Made by a program: the position numbers and the translations under genes. From Escherichia phage vB_EcoM_DE17, in sequence record OP595146.1: a stretch of 64,000 nucleotides of DNA. One strand, 5' to 3'. The notes below the pieces were generated by a model. That model searched no databases and was not told where the DNA came from. It saw only the letters and a program-made list of their open reading frames with translations. The stretch's first letter is position 1. Each line of letters starts with the position of its first letter. This document shows, one piece after another, positions 19,660-29,514 of this stretch.

Positions 19660-20517
19660 TTAGTCTTCTGTATCGAAGTCTTCATCTTCTTCGTCATCTG
19701 GGTCTGGCAAGTCTTCATCGTCACCATCATCAGAATCATTTGAAGGTTTGTGGTCTTTTGCGTCTTCTTCAGTGATTTCACCGTTATCTTCAACACCATC
19801 AAGACCAAGCATAGCCAGTTCGTCTTCATCCAGTTCAGGCTCACCGTTAGCACCGTTACCACCAGTGTAAGGTACAAGAGTATCAATGATAAACTGTTCC
19901 TGAATAGGTTTTGTCAGAACATTGTTCTCAAAAGTGTAGAAGTGAGTAGAAAGAATCACACTACCAAAAGAACCATTACCAACTGCAATATCTGGATGAA
20001 TTACATCATAGTTCTTGTCATCTTCATGTTTGTCAGATGCTTGAGCTTTGATTTTCTTCATCGGCTGTTTAACAGCTACACGCTTACCGTTTACTTCTTC
20101 AATCAGCATTACAGGGAATGACTGTTTAGCTGTCCACACAGCACCATCTTTATAAGCTGCTGCACGACTTACTTTCAAGATGTAGTAAGTGTCTGCTTCA
20201 AATGGTGGTTTGCAACCAAACTTCTCTTCGAAGTCATCTGCATCAACTGCTTCAGTAGTAACTTTATCCCAACCTTCTGGGTTTTTCTTAGACTTAGTAA
20301 ACTCTTTAAAGAGCTTGTTACCATCTTCTGCCAGAATTGAAACACTGTAGTTACAGTCTTTTCCTGGGAATTTCTTATCAATTGATTTACCTTTTCCCGG
20401 ACGTGGTGAAGTGTTCAGGTAATAAAACCAGACATCTTTCAGAAGGTAACGCAGAGTTTGACGTTCAGTACCATTGTACTTCTCTACCGGAGCTTTCATT
20501 TTAACAACTTTAGACAT
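19660..20517 (-). CDS. putative single-stranded DNA-binding protein with acidic C-terminal tail
   Basis: 285 aa; last ~60 residues strongly acidic ending DEDFDTED, as in T7 gp2.5 and T4 gp32. Confidence 0.5.
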   Translation of the reverse strand: MSKVVKMKAPVEKYNGTERQTLRYLLKDVWFYYLNTSPRPGKGKSIDKKFPGKDCNYSVSILAEDGNKLFKEFTKSKKNPEGWDKVTTEAVDADDFEEKFGCKPPFEADTYYILKVSRAAAYKDGAVWTAKQSFPVMLIEEVNGKRVAVKQPMKKIKAQASDKHEDDKNYDVIHPDIAVGNGSFGSVILSTHFYTFENNVLTKPIQEQFIIDTLVPYTGGNGANGEPELDEDELAMLGLDGVEDNGEITEEDAKDHKPSNDSDDGDDEDLPDPDDEEDEDFDTED

Positions 20518-20553
20518 TATTTAAACCTCTATCTCAATTTATGAAGAGTACCA

Positions 20554-20582
20554 ATTCTAATTTGTTGATACTCTATTGTCAA
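20554..20582 (-). promoter_or_regulatory. sigma70-like promoter upstream of SSB-like gene
   Basis: Minus strand TTGACA-N17-TAGAAT, about 30 nt upstream of the start at 20517. Confidence 0.5.
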
Positions 20583-20589
20583 ACATTAA

Positions 20590-20739
20590 TTACTGGAAGT
20601 TGTGCTTATCTTTAGAAGCTGCTTTACGTGCAGTTTTTCCAGTTCTTACACGCTTCTCTTCATAGTATTTTGCTGGTTTACCAGCAGTGGCTTTTAAGGA
20701 ATCCCCAAAAACTTTTTCAAATGCTTTAGAGTGTTTCAT
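20590..20739 (-). CDS. small basic protein
   Basis: 49-aa ORF not in supplied track (MKHSKAFEKVFGDSLKATAGKPAKYYEEKRVRTGKTARKAASKDKHNFQ); downstream of a promoter-like TTGACA-N18-TAGAAT. Confidence 0.35.
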   Translation of the reverse strand: MKHSKAFEKVFGDSLKATAGKPAKYYEEKRVRTGKTARKAASKDKHNFQ

Positions 20740-21029
20740 GATATTCTCCGATATACTTGATATTCAAACACATTTTCTTTTATTACAAACAGCCAACCAA
20801 TATTATGTTTAGGTATAGTAATAATGACTGTGATTATGCTGTGATGGAACTTTTCTTCTACCTCAACGCCTCCATCACATTTCATGGAGAGCATTCTATA
20901 GAACCTATCAACCTTTGTCAAACACTCTTCCTGAAATTCATTTAAACTTTTTTCTTCAAAGAAGGGTATAAACCCCTCTCTTTTATAACTATCACTCAGT
21001 TTCGAATGGGCAGTCATCTGCATCCTCAC
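20736..21029 (-). CDS. hypothetical protein (doubtful)
   Basis: 97-aa ORF overlapping the primase-helicase 3' end and containing a promoter-like motif; may be shorter or non-coding. Confidence 0.3.
   Translation of the reverse strand: MRMQMTAHSKLSDSYKREGFIPFFEEKSLNEFQEECLTKVDRFYRMLSMKCDGGVEVEEKFHHSIITVIITIPKHNIGWLFVIKENVFEYQVYRRIS
20893..20922 (-). promoter_or_regulatory. sigma70-like promoter (TTGACA-N18-TAGAAT)
   Basis: Same motif pair as 20554..20582; lies upstream of the small basic ORF and inside doubtful ORF 20736..21029. Confidence 0.45.
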
Positions 21030-22983
21030 TTAATACAGGTGGAATCGTTGAGCTTTGACGCTGTTCTTCAGTATAGACTTCACCAGTCTCACGGTCAAAC
21101 ACTTCATCCTCATAATGAGGTAAAGAGTCGTCATAATGGTCTTCAGCTTCACCAATACCAAACTGTTGACGAATATTTTCTGCTGCGCCATCAATGTCAA
21201 CACCACACCCAGAAGCTTTGATAAGACGTCCTGTGTCTGGATTGTACCAAGTATGACCAGCAATACCTGTTGACTTACCATGACGACGACACTTAGTTAA
21301 CTTGATTTTTGTCAAGTTTTTCTTAACAGGGTCTGGGTCAACCTTGTTACGCATTAACAGAATGTTGTTCATAGAAATCTGGAAATACGCACCAGAACCT
21401 TTAATGTCCTCTTCAGAGATATCTCCACCTTCAGAGTTAGCTTTCTGACCACCTGCACTCTTACGAACGTGACAGACGTTTACCTGTGCATACTGGTAGC
21501 GTTTGCAACGACGCAATAGCTCAGACAAAACTTCCTCTTCATCCGTATCTGAACGTGACAGAGCCAACGTAATAGGGTCAAGAATAATAATCTTACAGTC
21601 TAAACTGTTAACAAGATAGTCAACAAATTCCAGCAGGTTATCTTGGTCAATTGCCCCTTGATGGTCTACGATGTGGATGCGACGACCTTTAGATAGTTCT
21701 GCGTGTGCTTCCTTTAATTCATCCCAATCACGTTCGTCATAAGGAATCTCAGAAATCTGTTTGCTCAGGTGAATTGCACAGAGCATCTCCATCAACTCTT
21801 CATAGGTATCTTCTACCGGAATTACACCAATATTGTAATCGGTTTCCTTCCAAGCTGAATAAATCATCTCACGAGTGTAAGCTGATTTACCTACTGAAGA
21901 TGGTGCTGCCAGAGTTGTAATCTCTCCTAAACCATAACCACCGTAAGTTAGTCTGTTCAAATCCCCGAAAGATTCTGGGAAAGGAATCAATGGAATCTGA
22001 CCACGATTCTTCATTGCCTCAAAACCATCTGCAAAGTTCTTGATACCAGCAGGGCAATAACGAGGTGCATTGTAGATACGCTGCTTAAATCCTTCCAGAA
22101 CTGTGTCTTTCTCTTTATAGAACTTTGTCCACCATTCATTAAGGTCTTTTACACCTTCTGGATACTGGAATAAACGCACCTTCTCAATAGGTAGGATACC
22201 AGCAGCCTCTTTGGTGGCTTTAGCACCTGCTTCATCGTTATCAAAGCACAAGTAAATTTCATCAAATGATGTAATGTACTGATAGTTATCTTTGATAGAC
22301 TTGATGTTTGCACCTGACGGAACAGATACATGACAGTAATTCTTACGACGAGACTTATCCTTAATCGCCAAAGAAGTCATGTAGATTGCTGTGGCGCATT
22401 CCATCTCACCTTCCCAGATGAACAGACGATTCCCACCTTCTGGGGCAATCCATGAACCGAACATTGCCAGTTCACCTTTAATGTCTCCAACACCACCTGA
22501 AAAGTCTTTTAGCTTACCACGTAGGTGTTCTTTTGGATGGTCTTCTGGGTAACGGTGACGAACACGGTAGCCAACATGTTCTAGCTTACCATCTTCATTA
22601 CGTTTGTAAGTTGGATAGAAATGTGCATCAATTTCACCATCACTGTCAATGTCAACCTTGATACCTAAGCGTTCAAGAACTTTTGCAGGAATCTTCCTGT
22701 CTTTCAAGTCCATAGCTTCAAGGTTTTCTTTTACATCATCTAAATCCATTCCACGGAAAGTACGGTTTTTATTATCTGAACCAGTAGAATAAGTGCTCAC
22801 AATTTGTCCTTTATCAAAATCCCACTCTGGAAAACCTTTGTTACAGCTAAAGCAAGTCATTGAATAGGAATCATCGTCATGGTGGTAGATTGAACCAGCA
22901 TCTGATGAACCACAACGTGGACATGCACAATGACCAATAAACTGACCAGCCTCTTTCAATTTGCGACCTTTAGACATTAGCAC
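20992..22983 (-). CDS. DNA primase-helicase (T7 gp4-like)
   Basis: N-terminal Cys4 zinc ribbon, TOPRIM-like CFDNDEAG, Walker A GLGEITTLAAPSSVGKS. Confidence 0.85.
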   Translation of the reverse strand: MLMSKGRKLKEAGQFIGHCACPRCGSSDAGSIYHHDDDSYSMTCFSCNKGFPEWDFDKGQIVSTYSTGSDNKNRTFRGMDLDDVKENLEAMDLKDRKIPAKVLERLGIKVDIDSDGEIDAHFYPTYKRNEDGKLEHVGYRVRHRYPEDHPKEHLRGKLKDFSGGVGDIKGELAMFGSWIAPEGGNRLFIWEGEMECATAIYMTSLAIKDKSRRKNYCHVSVPSGANIKSIKDNYQYITSFDEIYLCFDNDEAGAKATKEAAGILPIEKVRLFQYPEGVKDLNEWWTKFYKEKDTVLEGFKQRIYNAPRYCPAGIKNFADGFEAMKNRGQIPLIPFPESFGDLNRLTYGGYGLGEITTLAAPSSVGKSAYTREMIYSAWKETDYNIGVIPVEDTYEELMEMLCAIHLSKQISEIPYDERDWDELKEAHAELSKGRRIHIVDHQGAIDQDNLLEFVDYLVNSLDCKIIILDPITLALSRSDTDEEEVLSELLRRCKRYQYAQVNVCHVRKSAGGQKANSEGGDISEEDIKGSGAYFQISMNNILLMRNKVDPDPVKKNLTKIKLTKCRRHGKSTGIAGHTWYNPDTGRLIKASGCGVDIDGAAENIRQQFGIGEAEDHYDDSLPHYEDEVFDRETGEVYTEEQRQSSTIPPVLSEDADDCPFETE

Positions 22984-23170
22984 CTCTTCGTTGTAGTTCT
23001 GCCTTCAATCCATTTTCAATCTTGTCAAGTTCATGAATCTCATCTGCAATCTCTTTCCTTCGTGATTCAACTCTCTTAAGACGTTCAATCATTACCTCAT
23101 TGGAAAGAGATGAGAGTTCCACTAAACGATGGTCAATAACCTTAAAATTATCTTTTACTCTCATCTTCAT
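22970..23170 (-). CDS. hypothetical coiled-coil protein
   Basis: 66-aa ORF. Confidence 0.4.
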   Translation of the reverse strand: MKMRVKDNFKVIDHRLVELSSLSNEVMIERLKRVESRRKEIADEIHELDKIENGLKAELQRRGANV

Positions 23171-23178
23171 TCTCTCTT

Positions 23179-23922
23179 TTAAATTTTCAGGATAGCTCTT
23201 AGCTTACTTTCAAGGTCTGCAAGAGTACCATTATTATGGATAATGTCACGCGCATATTTGGTAGAAATTCCATTTTCTGAAACATGTGATGAAACCTTGT
23301 CCACATTGTCTCTTTTTACTTCAATAATCTGGTGTGCAAATCTACTCAGCCACTCAGCTTCAGAGTCAAACCTTAAGTCACTGATTAAAACAACACCCTC
23401 TTGATTCATAAGTGAACAAGATTCAAAGAAGCGAGCCATTCGTTTTTCAAGGTCTTTAGCCCAGAATTTGTCACCCATAACTTTACGGATTACTTCAGTG
23501 CCCCAAATCTGTTGAATTTGTCTTGATGAGAATTTATACTTCTTGCTAAATCCCAGACGTGTCAATAGAGTTGGCTTAGCAACCTTCTTAAGTTCCATGA
23601 TTAATCGTCCGGTTAACTCCGACATAAGCTTAAAGTCCATATGATAACGTTCATCTCTGAAGGTGAACTCCATAGCTTCCGTAACTTTTAACATAAGTTC
23701 AGAGTATGATAAATCAAAAACCTGTGGAGTCTCTTTAGTTTCACCGTACAGGTCATTCCATGTCAAGTCAAATATCTTTGACGCAGATAGCTTAAGATTG
23801 TCTGCATAGGCCATTACTGCAACATTGTAGCCATACTCATCCTCTAAGATGTTCTTCACAATAGAACATGAGGTATCTTTTCCAGAACGTGCCTTTCCAG
23901 TAAATGCGATAATATTGCTCAT
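23179..23922 (-). CDS. deoxynucleoside monophosphate kinase-like P-loop protein
   Basis: N-terminal P-loop IIAFTGKARSGKDT, resembling T4 gp1. Confidence 0.6.
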   Translation of the reverse strand: MSNIIAFTGKARSGKDTSCSIVKNILEDEYGYNVAVMAYADNLKLSASKIFDLTWNDLYGETKETPQVFDLSYSELMLKVTEAMEFTFRDERYHMDFKLMSELTGRLIMELKKVAKPTLLTRLGFSKKYKFSSRQIQQIWGTEVIRKVMGDKFWAKDLEKRMARFFESCSLMNQEGVVLISDLRFDSEAEWLSRFAHQIIEVKRDNVDKVSSHVSENGISTKYARDIIHNNGTLADLESKLRAILKI

Positions 23923-23983
23923 TCTATCTCCCTTAATTACTAAAAAGCCCCCAGCTAAGGAGGCTTGTAAGTTTTATAAAGAC

Positions 23984-24796
23984 TTAGTGCAGTTGGGCAG
24001 TATTAATCTGTGAGTGTTCTTTTTCAGCCATAGCTGAGATTTGCTTAACAAAATCATCACCGAAGTTAATGCGAAGCTTCTCTTCAATGATTGAAGCACC
24101 GATGCTTACCAAAACATCATTGATTGCTTGCATACTCACACCGCCAGTCATTTCCTCAACGAACTCAATGGTTACTCCCAACATCTGAGAAAGTTGGATT
24201 AGTGCAACAATATTCATCATTGTAGAAATAGCTGGAATCATCAGAGCAACCTTCACCTGTAGTGGTTCTACATCAGCTACAGAATCATCTTTCACAGCTT
24301 CTTCTAAAGAATCTTTAGTTTGCTGGATAATCTCTTTGATTCGTGGATTTAACTCTTCTACACCCCAATCAAGTTTTTCATATCGTGACAGCTTCTCTTC
24401 CATGCGCTTCTCAAGAGCAGCCATAACAGCACTCGTTGACGAAATTAACAGGTCAACTAGCTCATTATTATCTAAGAGCAGTAGTAATTCTTTTTCTTCA
24501 GAGGTCATGGCAATATAGTCATTTTTCTGCATCTCATAAAAAATGAACTCTGCAAGAGCATCAACACCTACAACAATAGATGCTAAAGCAAGTGTTTTGT
24601 CACACAACATCATATTAACCTGTTCTGCAAAAGCACCGTTATCAGACTTGTCTTTAGGCAGGTTATAGCTTGCAGGTATAAACTGCTCTGTGTAGTTGTT
24701 TCCACGAAGAATCATAGCCATGCTTTCTACGGCATTGATTAAGAAAGCTTCGTCAATACCTTTTTCTTCAAGCATCTGGTCTACAGTAGTATTCAT
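23984..24796 (-). CDS. hypothetical protein
   Basis: 270-aa ORF. Confidence 0.5.
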   Translation of the reverse strand: MNTTVDQMLEEKGIDEAFLINAVESMAMILRGNNYTEQFIPASYNLPKDKSDNGAFAEQVNMMLCDKTLALASIVVGVDALAEFIFYEMQKNDYIAMTSEEKELLLLLDNNELVDLLISSTSAVMAALEKRMEEKLSRYEKLDWGVEELNPRIKEIIQQTKDSLEEAVKDDSVADVEPLQVKVALMIPAISTMMNIVALIQLSQMLGVTIEFVEEMTGGVSMQAINDVLVSIGASIIEEKLRINFGDDFVKQISAMAEKEHSQINTAQLH

Positions 24797-24797
24797 A

Positions 24798-25220
24798 TTA
24801 TTTCTCTCTCAGTTGGTTAAGTTTCTTTCTAGAACATTTTAAGTTTTCGGATGAAGAAAAGTCAAGTGTCTTTTCAGAACGTGGATAGTAATGTCTATCC
24901 CAAGAAGTTTCAACATCATTAATCAGTGACGCTAGATTACACAGGTCTGTACCACTTTGCAACCTCTTTTTAAGAGAATCTAGTAAAGCAACTGTGTCTT
25001 TAGCTTTACGTCTAGCTGTAGCAACATCTTTCATATGCTCAAATACAGAGCATTTTAAGTCATCTTCATAGTTTTCAGACAACTCTATTTCATGTTGTAT
25101 ATCAACCATTCTCCTGTGATGGTGAGCATATTCCCGTTGAGCAGCAATGTCAAGTTCTTCCAACTTCTGCAAAGCTCTAACAAAGTCAGCTATGTCTGGG
25201 TGAACAAACATTTTCTGCAT
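24798..25220 (-). CDS. hypothetical protein
   Basis: 140-aa ORF; first gene of the leftward unit next to the divergent AT-rich region. Confidence 0.5.
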   Translation of the reverse strand: MQKMFVHPDIADFVRALQKLEELDIAAQREYAHHHRRMVDIQHEIELSENYEDDLKCSVFEHMKDVATARRKAKDTVALLDSLKKRLQSGTDLCNLASLINDVETSWDRHYYPRSEKTLDFSSSENLKCSRKKLNQLREK

Positions 25221-25477
25221 GTAAGCCTCTTTTAAGTAACTATTAAGTTTTAATCTTTTATCTTAACGTATTCTATACGTTATACTTTAAAGCTTTTTAA
25301 AAGCTATTAAATAATCTTTTAAGAGTTTTAAAGTATCTGTATAGTTAAACTGTTAAGTAACCTTTTAAGTAAAAACCCACTTCGCAAAGATTAACACCTT
25401 GTCAAGTACATTGTCAACTTGCTTTTTATAATTTTTTGCAGTAATGTATGAGGTTAATGATTTTAGAGGGAGTAAAA
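25221..25477. promoter_or_regulatory. AT-rich divergent intergenic region between leftward early unit and rightward DNA polymerase unit
   Basis: About 255 bp non-coding; tandem cttgtcaa/attgtcaa boxes at 25399..25418; TATAAT at about 25424. Confidence 0.45.
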
Positions 25478-28177
25478 ATGGAAAACGTAGATTTTAAAAA
25501 CTTACATTTAGTTGGTGATACAGAAACTGATGGTTTACTCCTTGAGTTCACTAAAGTGCACGTAATGGCTTTCGCAGACTATAAATCTGACGATGAAGAG
25601 CCACCTGTATGGGTCTTTACAGATGAGCCTATCCTCGGTCACAAATACACCAAGTACATCAAGGGTGGTTTGCGTGAAGGTATTGAGTTTGCGTTAAAGG
25701 CAAAACGACTTTGCATCCATAATGGTCTGGGTTATGACTGGTGGGTATTCAATCACATTGCACCTGATTTGTGGAACTTTGATAATCCAAAGTGTAAACC
25801 GTGGAGTAATTTCTTTCAGGATTCTCTTATCCAATCTCGTGTTCAGTGGATGGATAGGCCAACTCCAAAAGGCTATAAAGGTGCTCATGGCTTGGCGGCA
25901 TGGGGTGCTCGTGTTGGTGTCCGTAAACCAGAGATTGAACATTGGGGTGTGTGGAATGCAGAAATCTTCACTCGTGTTGTAGAAGATATCCGTATTAACG
26001 CCAAAACTAAACGTGCACTGGATAATGAATACCTGAAGTTAAAGAAGTGTGGTATAGACACTTATGAAACCTATATGCGAGCTAAAGAAACATCTTTCTG
26101 GATGAGTCAACAAGCTATCAATGGTTGGAAAGCCGATAAAGAGCTTATGGAGTTCCATGTAAAGGAACTTGACAAGTTGACTAATGAGCTTGCTTCGGAA
26201 GTTGAACCACATCTTCCTCCAACTATTAAGACCAAAGGTAAAGTTACTGGGGAAGAGTTTGCAAAAGCTTGGAATGAGTATGTTGAAGCATTCGGTCATG
26301 CAGATGGACTGAAGAGAATTACCAAGTACCCTAAGACAAAGTATCGTCAACAGGTACGTAACGGTGAGATGCAGACATACGAAATCAAGCCATTTGGTAA
26401 GCCAACTACAAAGATTTTTAACATTGAAAAGAGAAATTGCTATACACCAACCAACTCTGTAACTGGTGAAGAGTACAAGGAAGGTTTTGTAGCAATGAAG
26501 GATGCTCGTGCAATTTGCAACGAGTTGAATGCAAAGATTGGTAAGAAATGCAAAGACTGGAAGCCAGTAAAAACAGTTAAAACTGTGAAGTACTATAACA
26601 GTCATGTTGTTAATCACTTTGAACTAGAGTCAAGTCGCTACACAGGATTGATTGATGCACCATATACACCAATTGAGTTTGAAGTTTCTCGTATGACTCA
26701 GGTAGCAGTTGTTAAAGACTACTTAAAATCAGTTGGTTGGATTCCAGATGACTGGAACTACAAGAAAGACTCAGATGGTCGCCCTGTCAAAGTTTGTCGT
26801 TTCAAAGACAACAAAAAGATGATTACAAAGCATCCTAAGTGGCAGGAGATGGTGGAACGGTGTGGGTTGAGCTATGTTGAACACGAAGGTGTCCAGTACA
26901 TTGAGCATAACTGGTCTGTGAAGAAATACACAGATTTACTTGAGCCTTGCTTAATCCGCACTTCACCAAAACTTACTGAATCTTCTTATGATACGATTGA
27001 AGGTGAGCTTGGACAGAAGATTGCTAAGTACTATACTTTGATGCACCGACGCAGAACCATTGAGAACTCAAAGGATGATGAAAAAGGTTGGCTAAACCAG
27101 ATTCGTCCTGATGGTCGCCTTAGTGCTGGTGCAATGGTATTTGGTACTTCAACTGGACGTATGACACAATATGGTATTGTAAACGTACCGTCTGGTGCTG
27201 CTGTCTATGGGGAACCAATGAGGGCAGTGTGGATTTGTGAAGAGGGTACTAACGTTGTCTCTGTAGACATGAACTCAGCCCAGCTAGTTCTCCTTTGTAA
27301 CTTTATGGGTGATAAAGACTTCACCAAAGCGGTAACGCAAGGTAAAGAAGAGATTGAGTTTATTCGTCAAGAAGATGGACGCTATTACTGCAAACACTTT
27401 GATGAGTACCTCAACCCAGAGATTGATAAGTACCTTCGCTATGACTCTGAGAATGACCTGTACGTTGTCTATTCAGGGACTGATGCACACACACTGAACA
27501 GTATTTACTTTAGCTTGAATGATGAGCAGGATATCTTGACTTGTCGAGCCACTCAGGATGAGAATCTTCTCCATGAGATTAGTAAGGGTCGTAAAAAAGC
27601 TAAGAATGGTATCTATGCACTACTGTTCGGTGCAGGTGATGAGAAGTTTGCTAAGACGATTAAAGCTGCAACTACTCAGGAAGGTGCACTGACTAAACAG
27701 ACTTACTTTATTCGTTTGCCTAAAATTAAGAAGCTGCTAGATGACTTGGAAGCTGACTACAAAGCGACTAAAAAGGCACTTGAAGAGGTGTTTGGTAAGA
27801 CTGCTGCAATCTCTAAAGGAGGATTTGTAAAGGTTGCTGGGGCTTGGTTGTGGTGTAAATCTCCACACAAACTGTTGAACTATCTTTTGATGGGTTCAGA
27901 GGCTCAGATTCAAAATGAGGCAATTAACCTTGCTTGTCGTCGTATGATTGACGAAGGTTTGATGAAGTTGAATGGTCGTCAACCAGCTATTGGTGCTCGT
28001 TTGCTCTGCGCATATCACGATGAAACAAGCTGGGAATGTCCAGAAAGTATGACGGCAGAAGTGAAAGCAGTTACTGACTGGTATTATGGACAAGCTTCTA
28101 AGAACTTAGGTCTTAAGAAAGAAACACTTGTAACAGGTACTGGTAAGGTTGGTAAAAGCTGGCTTGAAGTGCACTAA
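25478..28177 (+). CDS. family A DNA polymerase
   Basis: Exo motif VGDTETDGL, O-helix-like RKKAKNGIYALLFGAG, motif C YHDE; start set to ATG at 25478 after GAGGGAG. Confidence 0.85.
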   Translation: MENVDFKNLHLVGDTETDGLLLEFTKVHVMAFADYKSDDEEPPVWVFTDEPILGHKYTKYIKGGLREGIEFALKAKRLCIHNGLGYDWWVFNHIAPDLWNFDNPKCKPWSNFFQDSLIQSRVQWMDRPTPKGYKGAHGLAAWGARVGVRKPEIEHWGVWNAEIFTRVVEDIRINAKTKRALDNEYLKLKKCGIDTYETYMRAKETSFWMSQQAINGWKADKELMEFHVKELDKLTNELASEVEPHLPPTIKTKGKVTGEEFAKAWNEYVEAFGHADGLKRITKYPKTKYRQQVRNGEMQTYEIKPFGKPTTKIFNIEKRNCYTPTNSVTGEEYKEGFVAMKDARAICNELNAKIGKKCKDWKPVKTVKTVKYYNSHVVNHFELESSRYTGLIDAPYTPIEFEVSRMTQVAVVKDYLKSVGWIPDDWNYKKDSDGRPVKVCRFKDNKKMITKHPKWQEMVERCGLSYVEHEGVQYIEHNWSVKKYTDLLEPCLIRTSPKLTESSYDTIEGELGQKIAKYYTLMHRRRTIENSKDDEKGWLNQIRPDGRLSAGAMVFGTSTGRMTQYGIVNVPSGAAVYGEPMRAVWICEEGTNVVSVDMNSAQLVLLCNFMGDKDFTKAVTQGKEEIEFIRQEDGRYYCKHFDEYLNPEIDKYLRYDSENDLYVVYSGTDAHTLNSIYFSLNDEQDILTCRATQDENLLHEISKGRKKAKNGIYALLFGAGDEKFAKTIKAATTQEGALTKQTYFIRLPKIKKLLDDLEADYKATKKALEEVFGKTAAISKGGFVKVAGAWLWCKSPHKLLNYLLMGSEAQIQNEAINLACRRMIDEGLMKLNGRQPAIGARLLCAYHDETSWECPESMTAEVKAVTDWYYGQASKNLGLKKETLVTGTGKVGKSWLEVH

Positions 28178-28238
28178 TTAGTATTGACAAGGTGCTCACG
28201 GAAGAGTACCTTATACTGTATCTTGTATAGGAGGTCAT

Positions 28239-28457
28239 ATGACACTTTCAGAGATTGAAGTTCAGTTGCAATGTGCTGGTTACTCTCAAAAAGAGATTGA
28301 AGGGATGTTTATCGTTCTTTGCAGTAGCTGTAGGAATTTGAAGGTAAACCCTGAAGTTCTACGTAGAGTCGATATCTTTATTGCTGGAGGCAAAATCGCA
28401 AAAGACAAGACAGGCTACTTAAAAGGTGAGCGTGTAAACATTGAGAGCTTATTATGA
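28239..28457 (+). CDS. hypothetical protein (paralogue of 28660..28872)
   Basis: 72 aa; C-terminus IFIAGGKIAKDKTGYLKGERVNIESL is near-identical to the neighbouring paralogue. Confidence 0.5.
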   Translation: MTLSEIEVQLQCAGYSQKEIEGMFIVLCSSCRNLKVNPEVLRRVDIFIAGGKIAKDKTGYLKGERVNIESLL

Positions 28458-28663
28458 GCCACCGTGGAAGAACCCATGCAGCGATGATGAAAGGTGCTTC
28501 AAAGGAGACTATCAAGAATCGTAAGCAGAAGTTGTTTGAGAGAATGAACAGGTTAATTGACAATTCATCTCTTTCAGGTTCTGAGAAAGTTTTCTTGAAA
28601 GGTAATCTGAAAAGCATTGCACAAGAACTTATTGACATTGAATATTGGAGACACCAAAAATGA
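28454..28663 (+). CDS. hypothetical basic protein
   Basis: 69-aa ORF between the two paralogues. Confidence 0.45.
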   Translation: MSHRGRTHAAMMKGASKETIKNRKQKLFERMNRLIDNSSLSGSEKVFLKGNLKSIAQELIDIEYWRHQK

Positions 28664-28872
28664 CACTTGCAGATGTTATCCAGCAACTTCACGACAATTG
28701 CTATACTCCAGAGTTGATTCAGGAAATGCTTATTGTAGTGATGCCTAGCAAGTTCGTAAAAGGTTTTAATCGTGACTCCTTAATGTCTGCGCATATCATT
28801 ATCGTTGACGGTAAGATTGCAAGGGACCGTACAGGAGTCCTTAAGGGTGAACGTATTAGTATTGACCTCTGA
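28660..28872 (+). CDS. hypothetical protein (paralogue of 28239..28457)
   Basis: C-terminus IIIVDGKIARDRTGVLKGERISIDL; start at ATG 28660 after GGAGA. Confidence 0.5.
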   Translation: MTLADVIQQLHDNCYTPELIQEMLIVVMPSKFVKGFNRDSLMSAHIIIVDGKIARDRTGVLKGERISIDL

Positions 28873-28891
28873 GTATTGGGGGGACATCAAA

Positions 28892-29047
28892 ATGAAACGC
28901 AAAGTAAAATTATTTAGTTTATATGGAAGAGTCGGTAAAGGTTTTGATTGGCAACTGCTACGTTCAGATGTTAAAAGCAATGAATTAGCACAGCTTATTA
29001 TAAACTATCGACGAACGTACAGAGAGGTAGAACATCGTGAACAGTAG
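28892..29047 (+). CDS. hypothetical small protein
   Basis: 51 aa from ATG 28892 (MKRKVKLFSLYGRVGKGFDWQ) with G-rich RBS. Confidence 0.35.
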   Translation: MKRKVKLFSLYGRVGKGFDWQLLRSDVKSNELAQLIINYRRTYREVEHREQ

Positions 29048-29060
29048 TAGGAGAAGTATT

Positions 29061-29297
29061 ATGTGGAAAGCAGTAATTGTGTTTGGTGTTATCTTTCTGT
29101 CTGGCTGTAACCCATCTTACGAGGACAAAAACGCTTCTTATAGCCTCCCACCAGAGATGCAAGATTGCAAAGTCTATAAGTTAAATGGGGATGCAATAAG
29201 CACAGATATTGTTGTTGTCAGATGTCCAAACTCTCAAACGACAACATCTTATAGATATGGTAAAAATAGCCAATCACACACTACGGTTATTGAGTGA
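29061..29297 (+). CDS. small lipoprotein
   Basis: MWKAVIVFGVIFLSGC: hydrophobic signal plus lipobox LSGC; AGGAGA RBS upstream. Confidence 0.5.
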   Translation: MWKAVIVFGVIFLSGCNPSYEDKNASYSLPPEMQDCKVYKLNGDAISTDIVVVRCPNSQTTTSYRYGKNSQSHTTVIE

Positions 29298-29307
29298 GGT
29301 TTTTACG

Positions 29308-29514
29308 ATGCAGGTCTTAATAAACTATATCTACTGTTATGATGTTGTTCACTCCACTACAACGGTAGCTCAACGTAACCCAATCGTCCCACGAGAGGGT
29401 GAGTTGGTTAGAATCGAGGGTTGGACTTACACTGTGGAAAGCATCATTCATAAGTTTGATGTTGCTGGTGATGTTCAAGTTATTGACGTAGAGATTGGTG
29501 GTAAGAGAAAATGA
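29308..29514 (+). CDS. hypothetical protein
   Basis: 68 aa from ATG 29308. Confidence 0.4.
   Translation: MQVLINYIYCYDVVHSTTTVAQRNPIVPREGELVRIEGWTYTVESIIHKFDVAGDVQVIDVEIGGKRK

Noticed and set aside
26039-26617. 192-aa minus-strand ORF inside the DNA polymerase gene
   Set aside because: Antisense to a gene with clear polymerase motifs; hydrophobic, low-complexity translation.
28178-28238. TTGACA box after the DNA polymerase gene as a promoter
   Set aside because: The nearest TATACT-like -10 is about 22 nt away, too far for a standard sigma70 promoter; left uncalled.
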